Shown here: piece by piece, positions 62,678 through 64,000 of the stretch | Layout: each line of letters opens with the position of its first letter | How positions within the stretch are numbered: position 1 is the first letter of the stretch | Assembly: GCA_964016885.1 (NCBI GenBank) | Contig: OZ024741.1 | Coordinates: 192,696,001-192,760,000, forward strand | Length of the DNA stretch: 64,000 bases | Source of the DNA: Eledone cirrhosa | Lineage: Eukaryota | Direction of reading: 5' to 3' | Translations under genes and position numbers: made by a program | Notes under the pieces: generated by a model | Told to the model about the DNA's origin: nothing | The model's database searches: none | The model's input: the letters and a program-made list of their open reading frames with translations, nothing else

Positions 62678-64000
62678 TTAATCCATATGGTGAGCAAATG
62701 GGGTCCCGCGTACTGGCCTCCCCACAGTCCCGGCGGACAGGATGGAGAAGGCGTTTCTCCGGAGGATGGTAAGGGAGATGCGGTGGAAGAGCCATTTCAA
62801 CTCGCGAGGCTCACACCTGTAGCTGGCCAGCTCAGTGCCTATGATGGTGAATAGGGAGGTAGCCCTAGGGCCAAGGACACAAGAAGTCTCCACTGCCAAG
62901 GGCACGCCCGCGAACCTGCCGGAGAGCGACCGGTACTTGGAGAGTTTGGCCTCCTCAGCCCGACGTGCAGCAGTACCTGGGTTAGCCACAGAATGCATCA
63001 GGTTGCAGCTGGAGAAAGTGTCGCTGTAAGTGGCATCCCAGACGAGGGGTTTGCCACCGCGGAACGGGAAGATGGTCATACCGTCTGGCTTTTTGCCATC
63101 CCCGCGGTCCAGCCCACCTGCTCGTGCTGGGAGGGGAAGCCCGCAGCGTCCAAACCATGCCTAATGACCTCGTTGAGGGCAGCATGGCGTGGAAGGCGAC
63201 CAGCATTGTGGCGACAGGAAAGCGGATGCAGGCCGAAAGAGTCCACGGTAGATCCACAGCGACATTTATGAGGTTCGCAGATCCAGGGCCCAAGCCTAAA
63301 GGAAACGCCGATGCGCAGGCTATCGTTATCCAGCTGCGTGCCAGTGGAGAAGGAGGGCAAGGCATGGAGCCAGGCATCACTGTGGGAGTTTGGAGGCCGC
63401 CCGAAAACAGGCAAAGTGGTGCTGGCGCGTGAGCCTGTCTGTGGCCAGGCTGCACTGGAGGGCATCCCATACACGTTGGGAGGACTTGACGTCAGCAGGT
63501 GGAGAAGGAGGAGGGACCTCTACTAGGATAGGTCCCAGCCTATCCCACGTTTCACAGGCGACCTCAAGTTCCCTGGACACAGAGGATTTTATTGTGTTTT
63601 GGAGAACCTTGCTGACGAGGACGCGGCATGAGGTTACCGATGAAAGAAACGCTGGCAAAGCCAGCGAGATCGGTGACCGGAGGCCAAGGTCGCCATATCT
63701 GACAGGTAAAGAGGCCTGTTGCCACCCAATGTCGTCAAACCTGACGTTGCATATCTCCTCCGCTGCCGGTCGGCTACAAGTATCGAGGTCAGCGAGGGAG
63801 AGATGCGTGGCTGTAGCACGGAGCTCTGTGAAGGATGTAGAGGAGATTCGGCATGGCGAAGCAGTTCTCAACAAGAAGAGAGCTGGGTGGCCGTTGATCA
63901 AGCCCAGTCGGCTCGTGAAGGTCTGGAGTTGTTGGAGCCTAGACCTGATGGTGGAGCGGATGGTCGGCGGGTGGATCGGTGACCCGAGGATGAGGACATC
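62678..64000 (-). mobile_element. CRE-clade non-LTR retrotransposon 3' part (frameshifted; continues past the window end)
   Basis: [80 protein letters not shown] and PLAVET. Confidence 0.85.

Overview
This is repeat-saturated eukaryotic DNA with no recognisable host protein-coding gene. The long (TA)n, (CA)n, (TATG)n and (TAA)n microsatellites and a tRNA-derived SINE family resemble octopod cephalopod genomes, but that taxonomy is inferred from recall and not checked. Retroelements dominate. (1) A head-to-tail cluster of R4/Dong-type non-LTR retrotransposons (RT + CCHC + restriction-like endonuclease) is joined by (AAT)n, and two copies have intact, nearly identical ORFs (23885-27277 and 27380-30655). 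(2) At least six decayed Penelope-like elements (RT and/or GIY-YIG) are present, several with an inverted copy of their 3' pseudo-LTR at the 5' end. (3) There are RTE and CRE LINE remnants, tRNA-SINEs, an RTE-like non-autonomous family and a probable non-autonomous Helitron. The main hidden layer is self-cleaving RNA motifs. More than a dozen minimal type-I hammerhead motifs, intact to degenerate, sit in pLTRs and in ORF-less fold-back elements embedded in (TA)n. Several carry the compensatory U3-A8 core (TTGANAA) and others a C4 core (CCGANGA). An HDV-like ribozyme fold starts exactly at the first base of a full-length RTE (53919). Most short ORFs in the ORF track are microsatellite or antisense artefacts. 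All folds and alignments were done by eye, and element boundaries are approximate.
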